This document shows, in pieces, positions 1-8,581 of a DNA stretch of 64,000 nt (its first letter is position 1; every line of letters starts with the position of its first letter). Under the pieces are notes generated by a model, which saw only the letters and a list, made by a program, of their open reading frames with translations, was not told the DNA's origin and did no database searches. Both the position numbers and the translations under genes were made by a program. This DNA is from Candidatus Komeilibacteria bacterium (GTDB lineage: Bacteria; Patescibacteriota; Patescibacteriia; UBA1558; 2-01-FULL-52-15): the NCBI GenBank assembly GCA_043801745.1, contig JAZDLR010000016.1, forward strand, positions 1,535-65,534. The letters run 5' to 3'.

Positions 1-8
1 TCCAACTA

Positions 9-326
9 ATGGAATCACAGGGCTATAATTATCAACCGGAATTTTGTAAATTTAATGAACGCTATTTTACCCGCGACGCGCCTTCAGGCGAACGGCTGGT
101 CAGTGTCCATGTCATGCAACCGGATAATCCCGAGGCGCAATCTCATATCTACCTAAGGGAGTATTTAAAGAGCCATCCTGAAGAAAGGGAAATTTATTCG
201 CGGGTTAAAAAGGAAGCTTATGAAAGTGGGGCCGATCGTCTAGAATACCCGCAAAAAAAGCAGAAAGTTTTGACAAAGATATTAGCAGCGGCAAAAAAGT
301 GGTATTACAAACAACCCAAACAATAA
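9..326 (+). CDS. GrpB-family protein, probably 5'-truncated by the window edge
   Basis: VHV...HIYLREYLKSHPEEREIYSRVK...Y..KK pattern typical of the GrpB C-terminal half. Confidence 0.7.
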   Translation: MESQGYNYQPEFCKFNERYFTRDAPSGERLVSVHVMQPDNPEAQSHIYLREYLKSHPEEREIYSRVKKEAYESGADRLEYPQKKQKVLTKILAAAKKWYYKQPKQ

Positions 327-329
327 TTT

Positions 330-752
330 ATGCCCGAACAACCACCGCGACTTCCAGACAATAATATTGAATCAAACATTGAAAGTGTTGTGGTTGTGTT
401 AAAGCCGGGAGCCCAGGAATATTTGCAGCGTCTGGAAGATTTCTGCACTGAATATGGATTAACAATTCAAGACCGCGCAACTATTCAATTTGACGCCGAA
501 AGTATAAAAAAGTTCTACCCTTATGAGCGGCATCAGCAATATCACGATATGCTGACCGACAGCTTGTCTGCTAAACCATTAGAAGCGCTGCTGATCAGCG
601 GACCGCGGGCAGCTGATCTTTTAAATCGATTAAAGGGCCACGTTCGCGGCATTCTGCACTTACAACCTCCCGCCAATGGAATCCACACCTCTGACTCACC
701 GGAAGAAGCGGACCGCGAATGGCAAGTGCTTAAAGATGCCGCAGTAAAGTAA
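330..752 (+). CDS. Nucleoside-diphosphate kinase-like protein
   Basis: VVVLKP N-terminus and NGIHTSDSPEEADRE containing the catalytic His motif. Confidence 0.7.
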   Translation: MPEQPPRLPDNNIESNIESVVVVLKPGAQEYLQRLEDFCTEYGLTIQDRATIQFDAESIKKFYPYERHQQYHDMLTDSLSAKPLEALLISGPRAADLLNRLKGHVRGILHLQPPANGIHTSDSPEEADREWQVLKDAAVK

Positions 753-853
753 GAGCTTATTCTGGCCCCGTTGCTACACTAAGCTTACTATTACCAAAAT
801 TTGAATAATGGTATATTATTAATGCCAGTAATTAACTTGTTTGAAAAAAACTT

Positions 854-1333
854 ATGAAACAAAAAAATTATCAGTATCTTATTCTTATTCTGTCAATCGC
901 CGCCGCTGAATTTGCCGGCGTTATCGGATCGTTCTTTACCTTTCCCAGTATTCCTAGTTGGTATTCTCTGTTAATCAAACCCTCATTTAGCCCTCCTGAC
1001 TGGCTTTTCGGTCCGGTTTGGATAATTCTTTACGCCTTAATGGGCACAGCCGCCTGGTTAATCTGGAAACAGCAGAAGAAAAGCGGCGTCTGCGAAGCCA
1101 ATGCTTTCTATGGCTTTCAACTGGCTTTAAATGTCCTCTGGTCCATACTATTCTTTGATGCTCACTTTATCGGCCTGGCTTTGCTAGAAATTGTTGTGTT
1201 GTGGCTCATGATACTGACTACCACAATTTTTTTCTTCCGCCTTTCCCGCACTGCCGCCTATCTGATGCTGCCCTATCTGGCTTGGGTAACTTTTGCTGTC
1301 GTGCTTAATTACAGTCTCTGGCAATTGAACTAG
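854..1333 (+). CDS. tspO: TspO/MBR tryptophan-rich sensory protein
   Basis: WYSLLIKPSFSPPDWLFGPVW, LNVLWSILFF, PYLAWVTFA motifs. Confidence 0.92.
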   Translation: MKQKNYQYLILILSIAAAEFAGVIGSFFTFPSIPSWYSLLIKPSFSPPDWLFGPVWIILYALMGTAAWLIWKQQKKSGVCEANAFYGFQLALNVLWSILFFDAHFIGLALLEIVVLWLMILTTTIFFFRLSRTAAYLMLPYLAWVTFAVVLNYSLWQLN

Positions 1334-1390
1334 CTTCTTTCCTCCCGTGTTTTTGCTATAATTTTGTCAAGATCATTAACCTCTCACTAT

Positions 1391-2608
1391 ATGCGAAAAA
1401 TATTCACTATCGCCATAGTTACGTTTTTTTTATTAACCGGCTGTAATATCTTAGCTGACGGCGAAAATAAGGTTGTCGACTTTGAAAAACCTAGTATCAA
1501 AGATGAGTTCTGCGGTGCGTACATCAATTTTCAATACTGCAAATGCGCTTTCCACGGACAATACTGCAAAGAAGTCGGTATGTCCAAATCCGAAGCCAAT
1601 AAGTATGTTCAGGACGAATACGAAAAGTGGCTTAACAACGGCACGCGTCTAACCTTTATAACTGACTGCGAAAAAGCTAATGCCTATTTTAGTGATGATA
1701 AATGCCATTATTGCGACGAGGGCTTCACTGCCGTGCCTAAGGAAAAAACCTGCAAACCCAGCAGTGAAGTGCCGAACATTCTTACCGACCTACCCGAGGA
1801 TCTTTTTAACACCGACTGTACTTTGGTCAAAGATAAGTACGACTCTGACTGGAAAAAATATTCTGACATTGATAATGCCATCCCCGTCACTGAACGCAGT
1901 AACGAAGCCCAGCAGGTCGTCGCTTCCTATGACACCATGATTGCTAAAATGGTAGAGCTCTATGAAACTCAGCGCGACTACGATATTGAAGCGCAGCTAC
2001 AGACTGATCTGACTGAATATAAACAGGCCTTGGTAAAAAACATTCAGACCAATCTACTTAAGGCCTTCTGGCGCTTATCTTATGTTACCTATTCTACCGT
2101 CAAGAGTGGTATAACTGCCGGAAAATCTTACAGCAATTTATTAACCGGTGCCGGCAGTGCAGTACAGAGTTTGGCTTCAGCTGGTAAAACCTTCCAAGCT
2201 ACTATTCCCAATAGTTCTGATCTAGCCATAGATAAATCAACTTATCTCGGTAAGGCAGAATCAGTTGGTGCCAAAACAGCGCTGGAAGCAGTAGAAAGCT
2301 TAGGCGACCCCAGTAAAATCGCCCAACGTCTGGCCAAGAGTTCTTTTGACGCTGTCATGCCCTCGGCTAATATCACCAAGGAAGAAGTAGAGATTCTTAA
2401 ACAACAGCAAATTAATAAAGGTGTCGTGGATCAGGCATTGGCCGACAGTAAGGCCGAAAATTCCGCCCGACAAGCAAAAATCACGCAATTAGAAGCTGAC
2501 ATCAAGGCGGCTGAAGCCAAAATAACCGAATGGGAAGGGAAAGAAAAGGAACGCGTGGCCGATTTAATTATTCAGGATTGCCAAAGGCAAATAAATAAAA
2601 CTAACTAA
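1391..2608 (+). CDS. Putative lipoprotein, Cys-rich N-domain plus coiled-coil
   Basis: Signal peptide with LLTGC lipobox from the ATG at 1391; clustered Cys residues. Confidence 0.65.
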   Translation: MRKIFTIAIVTFFLLTGCNILADGENKVVDFEKPSIKDEFCGAYINFQYCKCAFHGQYCKEVGMSKSEANKYVQDEYEKWLNNGTRLTFITDCEKANAYFSDDKCHYCDEGFTAVPKEKTCKPSSEVPNILTDLPEDLFNTDCTLVKDKYDSDWKKYSDIDNAIPVTERSNEAQQVVASYDTMIAKMVELYETQRDYDIEAQLQTDLTEYKQALVKNIQTNLLKAFWRLSYVTYSTVKSGITAGKSYSNLLTGAGSAVQSLASAGKTFQATIPNSSDLAIDKSTYLGKAESVGAKTALEAVESLGDPSKIAQRLAKSSFDAVMPSANITKEEVEILKQQQINKGVVDQALADSKAENSARQAKITQLEADIKAAEAKITEWEGKEKERVADLIIQDCQRQINKTN

Positions 2609-2626
2609 TATTAACTTAGGGACGAA

Positions 2627-2809
2627 ATGAAAAAATGTATGCCTAAGGGTCAAGGCGGTAACGCCGTTTACGGCCTGGGTTTTATCGGAGCTGCTGTTTA
2701 CTACCTTAGCACAGCCGCAACATTCGGCGCCGGTGTTATTGGTTTTCTAAAAGCTCTGGTCTGGCCGGCTTTTCTGGTTTATGCGGCCCTGAAATTCTTG
2801 GGTCAATAA
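2627..2809 (+). CDS. Small membrane protein
   Basis: 60 aa, two hydrophobic Gly-rich segments. Confidence 0.6.
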   Translation: MKKCMPKGQGGNAVYGLGFIGAAVYYLSTAATFGAGVIGFLKALVWPAFLVYAALKFLGQ

Positions 2810-2901
2810 ATAGCAACCACAATCTGTCCAGCTTGACTTCCGATTTTAGCTCTGGTAAAACACCCCAATCTAGTAAGCTCCCTCACCTCAGGAGGCAACG
2901 C

Positions 2902-3159
2902 ATGGATAATAAGCATCAAGCTGATCCGCATTGCCTTATCTGCGGCGGTAATGGTCACTACCAGCCAACACCGGAGAGCCCGGAAGTTCCTTGTGAAGAG
3001 TGTGATGATTCCATTTTTTTTGATTTCATCAATGACCCATCCCTGCCGGAAAACTATCGTCAGGAAGTTGCCGCTCTACTTGCCCAGATAAGGCAACAGC
3101 GAAAAGAACGGTGGGAAAGAGCTCAACAGCAGTCCCAAATCAACCCCTCGCCGAGTTAA
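2902..3159 (+). CDS. Small protein with CxxCxGxG...CxxC zinc finger
   Basis: AGGAGG SD before ATG 2902; CLICGGNG and CEEC; promoter-like TTGACT-17-TAAAAC at 2833. Confidence 0.55.
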   Translation: MDNKHQADPHCLICGGNGHYQPTPESPEVPCEECDDSIFFDFINDPSLPENYRQEVAALLAQIRQQRKERWERAQQQSQINPSPS

Positions 3160-3195
3160 TGTAACGCGGCGGGGGGTTTGTGCTATACTCAACCC

Positions 3196-3831
3196 ATGAA
3201 ATACCTAATTATTGTTATTGTCGTTATTATATTGGCCGCTGGCGGAGTAGCCGGCTGGTATTATTATCGGCCACAACAACCCAGTCCAGTCGTACTACCC
3301 CCGACCGGACAACAAGTATATACTAATTCGTCCTACCATTTTTCGGCAAAATATAATCCGCCCATCATAGCAACCGAAGACAAACAACAAATGCAGACCT
3401 CGGGCTATATTCCCGGCTGTGATCCGGACACTAGTCTGGTTTGTTTTATTTATCCGGCTGATGCTTTTGGTAAAACTAATTTTGGTGGCGCCGGTGTCTC
3501 AGTTTCAGTGCTGGCAAATTTAACCAATGAAACCACTTGTCTGGCCACACAACAAAATGATGGCTTATTAGCCACATCAACAGTTATGAATAATCTTACC
3601 TGGCAAACCTGGAGTTTTAGCGACGCGGCCACCAGTCACCGTAGTAACGGCTATAATTATCGTTCTTGGCAAAACAATCTTTGCTGGCAACTACAAACCA
3701 GAATTAATAGTACTGTCTTTGAGGTTTATGCCCCCGGAATGATTGAACTTTTTACTGCCACCGAGGAAGAAACCGTCAACCAGGCTCTACAAAAAACTAT
3801 TAACAGTTTTCAGCCGCCAAAAAGCAGTTAG
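3196..3831 (+). CDS. Membrane-anchored extracellular hypothetical protein
   Basis: N-terminal TM helix, paired Cys. Confidence 0.7.
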   Translation: MKYLIIVIVVIILAAGGVAGWYYYRPQQPSPVVLPPTGQQVYTNSSYHFSAKYNPPIIATEDKQQMQTSGYIPGCDPDTSLVCFIYPADAFGKTNFGGAGVSVSVLANLTNETTCLATQQNDGLLATSTVMNNLTWQTWSFSDAATSHRSNGYNYRSWQNNLCWQLQTRINSTVFEVYAPGMIELFTATEEETVNQALQKTINSFQPPKSS

Positions 3832-3959
3832 TTGACTCATTGACTGACCGCTCTTGCTATTTATATCTAAACGTGGTATTATAGATTATGTGAGTAAACT
3901 CTTAGCATTTAACAGCGTAGAGTGGTCGAATCACTTTAATTAAGAACAATATTTAGTAC

Positions 3960-4271
3960 ATGTCCACCAAGTTATATGTAGGCGGTTTGCCCTACAGCAC
4001 CACTGACGCTGAATTGAAGGAAGCCTTCTCTCAAGCCGGTACTGTCGTCTCCGCTTCGGTAATTGTTGACAAAATGACTAATCGCTCCCGAGGCTTCGGC
4101 TTCGTGGAAATGAGCACCCCTGAAGAGGGACAAGCTGCCATTTCCATGTGGAACGGTCAAGATTTTGCCGGCAGAAAGTTGACAGTCAATGAGGCCCGCC
4201 CTATGGGTGATAAGCCTCGTAGATCCTTTGATCACGATTCCGATCGTGCTCCGAGACGATCATCCTGGTAA
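3960..4271 (+). CDS. RRM RNA-binding protein
   Basis: RNP2 KLYVGGL, RNP1 RGFGFVEM. Confidence 0.95.
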   Translation: MSTKLYVGGLPYSTTDAELKEAFSQAGTVVSASVIVDKMTNRSRGFGFVEMSTPEEGQAAISMWNGQDFAGRKLTVNEARPMGDKPRRSFDHDSDRAPRRSSW

Positions 4272-4282
4272 TCAACTATTAC

Positions 4283-4315
4283 AAAACACCCTAACGATTC
4301 CGTTGGGGTGTTTTT
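4283..4315. terminator. Bidirectional intrinsic terminator
   Basis: aaaacaccctaacg-attc-cgttggggtgtttt between convergent genes. Confidence 0.8.
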
Positions 4316-4718
4316 AGTTATTACTTTCTGTTGTTTTCCCGTCAAAGTGTTCTTCCCGGGCTTCGGCTTCTGCTTTAGTAGCCCGCTCAATGCCATCCTG
4401 GTGCTCCGGTGGAGAATAAACCGTATACAACTTCATGGGCGTATCAGTAGAAGTATTAATGATATTATGCTTTGCCCCGGCCGGAACAACTACTGCATAG
4501 CCGTCTTTCAATTCATATTCAATATCATTTAAGATTGCCTTGCCATTACCGGAATCAATACGGATAAACTGGTCTAAGGTGTGTACCTCCATGCCGATAT
4601 CTTCACCTGGCAACAAACTCATCAGCACCAGCTGGCTGTGCTGGGCCGTATAAAGAACCTTACGGAATGAATTGTTCCCTAATGTTTCCTGCTCTAGATT
4701 TACGACGTAGCCCTTCAT
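4314..4718 (-). CDS. Cupin domain protein
   Basis: GEDIGMEVHTLDQFIRI...PAGAKHN...KLYTVYSPPEH. Confidence 0.9.
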   Translation of the reverse strand: MKGYVVNLEQETLGNNSFRKVLYTAQHSQLVLMSLLPGEDIGMEVHTLDQFIRIDSGNGKAILNDIEYELKDGYAVVVPAGAKHNIINTSTDTPMKLYTVYSPPEHQDGIERATKAEAEAREEHFDGKTTESNN

Positions 4719-4802
4719 AAAACTATTGTAGCACGTAGCCCCTTTCAACCGCAAGCCCGTTAGAGTTTACGATTGGCCATAATTACCGTACAATATAGCC
4801 AT

Positions 4803-5348
4803 ATGAAAAGCCGCTACTATCCTTTCTTAGACGTAGTCTTAGACGTTTTTTATAGCATTATTCTCTATAATGTTTTTATTGCCTTTCCGGGATTACGCCT
4901 GGAATCATTATTAATGGTCTTTGCCTGTTTAATAATGTTGAATTATTGGTGGGATGCCCGATCAGACACATTATTCCCCAAACATTATCTTTTTGATTTT
5001 TATGCTGTCAGCGTCATCATGTTTATTTTCTCCCAATGGCCAACGCATTTTCTTAATCTTCACTATTTCTTATTGATAACCTCCACCTTTTTCTTCGCTG
5101 ATGGAATCTACGCTTTTATTGCTATCTACGCCCATAAAGAAACTGTCGACGAGACAGCTTTAAAATTGGATGTTGCTGTTGAGCTTTTTTTGGGAGCAAT
5201 CTATTTGCTTTTTGCTCAGATTATTACCGCCCTCACGGTCAGCACTATTATTGTTATATATGTCCCTTATCTAATCTGGTTCTGGACCAATATTAAAAGG
5301 GGCTATTTTAAACCGAAATTTTTAAATTCCGGTAATCAACCTTATTAA
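4803..5348 (+). CDS. Hypothetical integral membrane protein
   Basis: About 5-6 hydrophobic segments. Confidence 0.7.
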   Translation: MKSRYYPFLDVVLDVFYSIILYNVFIAFPGLRLESLLMVFACLIMLNYWWDARSDTLFPKHYLFDFYAVSVIMFIFSQWPTHFLNLHYFLLITSTFFFADGIYAFIAIYAHKETVDETALKLDVAVELFLGAIYLLFAQIITALTVSTIIVIYVPYLIWFWTNIKRGYFKPKFLNSGNQPY

Positions 5349-5359
5349 CTAAAAAATAT

Positions 5360-5821
5360 ATGAAAAAAAGCTGGATAATTCTGACTCTTATTTTGGCGGT
5401 CGGCACATTATTTGCCTGGTACACAGTTTATAATGATTTCTCCCTATTTTATAATTTAGAGGGTACGGTGCTGAAAATCAATAACTGTGCCATTCCTAAT
5501 CCAGTAACCACTCCTTGCTTTTACGGCGCCTTTGCTTTTCTGATAGCTTTTATCTGGTCAATTATGCTACTGCGAAAACCGCTGCAATTGGCGCTTCAGG
5601 GCTTAAAAAAACTGCTCTGGCTGCTGGTCGCCAGCGTCCTGTTTGCCTGGGGTAACTTTGTTTACTCCTTGATAACCTTTTACCAAACCAAAGACAGCGG
5701 CCAAGCCATCGGCTGTTCCGGACAATTAGTCACTAACCCCTGGACTACACCCTGTTTTATCGGGGCCTGCATCTTCTTGACAGCCCTAGTGGTTGCTGTG
5801 ATACTCTACCGGCGGAAATAG
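5360..5821 (+). CDS. 4-TM membrane protein with internal duplication and paired cysteines
   Basis: C..NPVTTPCFYGA / C......NPWTTPCFIGA repeats. Confidence 0.75.
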   Translation: MKKSWIILTLILAVGTLFAWYTVYNDFSLFYNLEGTVLKINNCAIPNPVTTPCFYGAFAFLIAFIWSIMLLRKPLQLALQGLKKLLWLLVASVLFAWGNFVYSLITFYQTKDSGQAIGCSGQLVTNPWTTPCFIGACIFLTALVVAVILYRRK

Positions 5822-5874
5822 AGATCGTTGTTTTGAACCTATAGTTCAGTAAGAGGATCCGCGACAACTTAGAT

Positions 5875-5948
5875 GGGCCCGTAGTAAAGTGGTATTACAC
5901 GGCATTCGCATTGCTGAGGCGGGAGTTCGATTCTCCCCGGGTCCACCA
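5875..5948 (+). tRNA. tRNA-Ala(CGC)
   Basis: Full cloverleaf, G3:U70 pair, anticodon loop TTCGCAT, TTCGATT T-loop, ACCA end. Confidence 0.95.
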
Positions 5949-5973
5949 TGTGGGTCCATCTGAGTTGTCAGGA

Positions 5974-6020
5974 CATTCGCATTGCTGAGGTAAGGAGTTC
6001 GAGTCTCCTCGGGTCCACCA
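5974..6020 (+). pseudogene. Displaced 3' half of tRNA-Ala (att-like scar)
   Basis: cattcgcattgctgagg...AGGAG TTCGAGT CTCCT CGGGTCCACCA; no matching 5' half. Confidence 0.85.
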
Positions 6021-6088
6021 ATGGTTCGGGCAGTTCCCCGCCTCCATAAAATCAAATAGAGCGGGTCCGCCTTTGGCGGAGATTCTGC

Positions 6089-6137
6089 TCGCCTCGCTGA
6101 GCGAGAGCGAAGCGGGCCTAGGTCCACCATTTCAGAT
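6089..6137 (+). repeat. 49-bp direct repeat, left copy
   Basis: tcgcctcgctgagcgagagcgaagcgggcctaggtccaccatttcagat, identical to 8503-8551. Confidence 0.95.
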
Positions 6138-6184
6138 TTGCCGAAGCCTTGGGAACAACTGTTGAAAATTTATTCAAATAATTT

Positions 6185-8413
6185 ATGAATAATAATCTTG
6201 AACAACCAAACATTGAGAATCGGCCACCAGTTGAGGCAAAAAAGGAAATTCCGCAGTCGGTTAAAACCATAAAAAAACTTGCCGCGAAATACCCAGAAAT
6301 GGGCTGGCTCACCGGCGATATTGATGCTACGCCAGAGACGAGTATCTCGGATCAAACCGAGGGCACTATTGGTAAGTATATTTTCCCAAATCTTGACAAA
6401 AAAGATTTGATTGAGTTCGACAGAACCGCAGTCGGGATACTAACTCTCCAGTGGGCGGCAAATGGAGATTATGAAAGTTTTACTGCTTGCCAAAAGGGGC
6501 CGACAAAATTAACGCCGGAGGATTTTACAAAACTTCAAGAATATACAAAATCGATTTTACAAAACCCGGAAGATTTTGAGGCAATGGAAACTTTTATGGT
6601 CATCAACGACCTCGGTAAAATTAAGAGTGTTGTAGAAAATATCGCAGAGAAATCAGGAGTTAGAGATGTTGATCACGATAGAATGCTTCTTGTTGGGTTG
6701 GAGCAACACCCTGATATTTCACCGAGCTTTCAAAAATTATCGCCCCGCCACAAAGAGTTAATACTCAATGGCCTAAAGACAAAATTCAACATTGGACAAT
6801 TTATCCAAGGCGAAAATGTACCCGCGAGCCTTGAGGGGCTAAAAGGTATAGATGAGGAAAGCTTGAAATTCTATCTCTTGCATGCACTTTATGATATCGC
6901 TGGAGCGGCAGGTCACTCTGTACAAAATGGATCAATGGTAATGAACGAGCCAACATACGAAAATTTCCGCTTGGCAATCGACTCACTCGAAAAATTGGGT
7001 GAGGGGCAAACTACTGACGAAGCGTATGACGCGTATCTTGCCCAGAAAGCGGAAAAATTTGGTTTCGATATATCAGTTCAGGCGGATCGAGCCACTACAC
7101 GAATCTGTTGTATGCTTAGAACTTCTAAAGTGGGGGAAGCGCAGGAGGTTTTGCGGGTGTTTTCAGAACTGCCGCAAAATACTCGCGCGATACTCGAGAA
7201 TGACCTGAACATGCGAGGAACTAATGACGGTATCGCAACGCTGATTTACTATGCTCCTGCATTTCTTGCAAATCTTCAAAAAAAATTTAGTGAGAGCGGG
7301 GACCCAAATTCTTCTAAAAAAGCACTCGCGCTTGGTTTGGGTACTTTTGCCAGAGTATTTCAAGAGGCGCACATCGCAAATAAAGGAAGGGTAGGGAACG
7401 GTGTATATACTGTTATGGCGTCTCCACTTGCGAAAGTAGCTGCTGAAAACCCCGCTAAATTATTGACACAGGATATAAATCTAAAAACTATTGGTAATGA
7501 TGCGGAAATTGAGCTCACTGATGTTCCAGTAGTTGATAAGGATAAATTTCAAAAAATTGAAAGCTTGACAGAAATTCCCGGTAAGAAAATAGTTGTGGTG
7601 GGAATTGGCGGCGGGTCGGATTGCGTACAAGCAGCATTGCTTGCAGAGTTACTTAAAAAATCAGAAAAAGAATGTCCTTGTGTTATTTCAGTTCGGACAG
7701 AAAAAACAGGATCACAGGGTGCGGGCGGAAAAGTTGGAGAGAAAAGAACAGTAGAAAATCATGGCGGGGAAATTAAAAAGGGTGTTTATCTGATTACGCC
7801 AAAAACTACGGGGTCTGGTAGATTTTTGGAAAATATACCAACGAGTGATATCCCTGTATATTTAATTATCGAACAAGATGGCATTGGCTTGTCGGAACAA
7901 ATAAATTCTGTGTTAGAACAGGTCGGCGGCGTAGATACAGTTGTTGCAGTTGATACTGGTGGTGATGCTTTGTACTCTACAACTGGTCACGATGAAACAA
8001 AAGCAACGCCAGATCAGGATTTGCGAAGCCTTCAAGCGATCAGCAATCTTTCTGGAGTACAAAAAATAAGCTGTGAAATTGCTGTCGGGATAGACACACC
8101 GCCGAATGGTGAGAGTGTATTACTTGACGCAGAGGCAAAACACTACGAGCCAACGCCAGAGGAAGCGACCATGATTTTAGAAAAATATCGGGAGTGGCAA
8201 ATGGACGGTTCAAATGAAGCACGTTTTGGTAAGACACCTCTTGCTTGGCAAGAAGCACTACAAAACCATTTTGGTTTTCAAGAAATAAATTTGCCTAAAA
8301 GAGTAGTACTTGATAAAAAGAATCCGTGGAAACCCTTTGTGCATGTGCAACCAAGCACAAAAGGGATGTTCTTTATGGATGTTGAAAAACATTTGAAAAG
8401 TATTGGTAAGTGA
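6185..8413 (+). CDS. Two-domain protein: HD-like/DUF6829-like N-domain plus DUF1152-like C-domain
   Basis: INDLGK, DHD and YDIAGAAGH in the N-half; GIGGGSD and AVDTGGD in the C-half; A/G-rich composition unlike the neighbours. Confidence 0.6.
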   Translation: MNNNLEQPNIENRPPVEAKKEIPQSVKTIKKLAAKYPEMGWLTGDIDATPETSISDQTEGTIGKYIFPNLDKKDLIEFDRTAVGILTLQWAANGDYESFTACQKGPTKLTPEDFTKLQEYTKSILQNPEDFEAMETFMVINDLGKIKSVVENIAEKSGVRDVDHDRMLLVGLEQHPDISPSFQKLSPRHKELILNGLKTKFNIGQFIQGENVPASLEGLKGIDEESLKFYLLHALYDIAGAAGHSVQNGSMVMNEPTYENFRLAIDSLEKLGEGQTTDEAYDAYLAQKAEKFGFDISVQADRATTRICCMLRTSKVGEAQEVLRVFSELPQNTRAILENDLNMRGTNDGIATLIYYAPAFLANLQKKFSESGDPNSSKKALALGLGTFARVFQEAHIANKGRVGNGVYTVMASPLAKVAAENPAKLLTQDINLKTIGNDAEIELTDVPVVDKDKFQKIESLTEIPGKKIVVVGIGGGSDCVQAALLAELLKKSEKECPCVISVRTEKTGSQGAGGKVGEKRTVENHGGEIKKGVYLITPKTTGSGRFLENIPTSDIPVYLIIEQDGIGLSEQINSVLEQVGGVDTVVAVDTGGDALYSTTGHDETKATPDQDLRSLQAISNLSGVQKISCEIAVGIDTPPNGESVLLDAEAKHYEPTPEEATMILEKYREWQMDGSNEARFGKTPLAWQEALQNHFGFQEINLPKRVVLDKKNPWKPFVHVQPSTKGMFFMDVEKHLKSIGK

Positions 8414-8502
8414 TGCCGCTGACGAAAAAACAGTCCGTCCGAGCGAGGACATGGCGAAAGGGGCGCGGGGAGAATTCCGCCATGCCCGAACGGATGAAAT
8501 TG

Positions 8503-8551
8503 TCGCCTCGCTGAGCGAGAGCGAAGCGGGCCTAGGTCCACCATTTCAGAT
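8503..8551 (+). repeat. 49-bp direct repeat, right copy
   Basis: Identical to 6089-6137. Confidence 0.95.
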
Positions 8552-8581
8552 ATAAAATAATAGCTTTGACTATATAATATT

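Noticed and set aside
6021-6046. ggttcgggcagttccccgcctcca as a tmRNA/tRNA 3' remnant
   Set aside because: Too short and degenerate to support.
5846-6130. Minus-strand ORFs starting MVDLGPLRSRSARR (here and at 8278-8544)
   Set aside because: Artefacts of the 49-bp repeat and antisense tRNA sequence.
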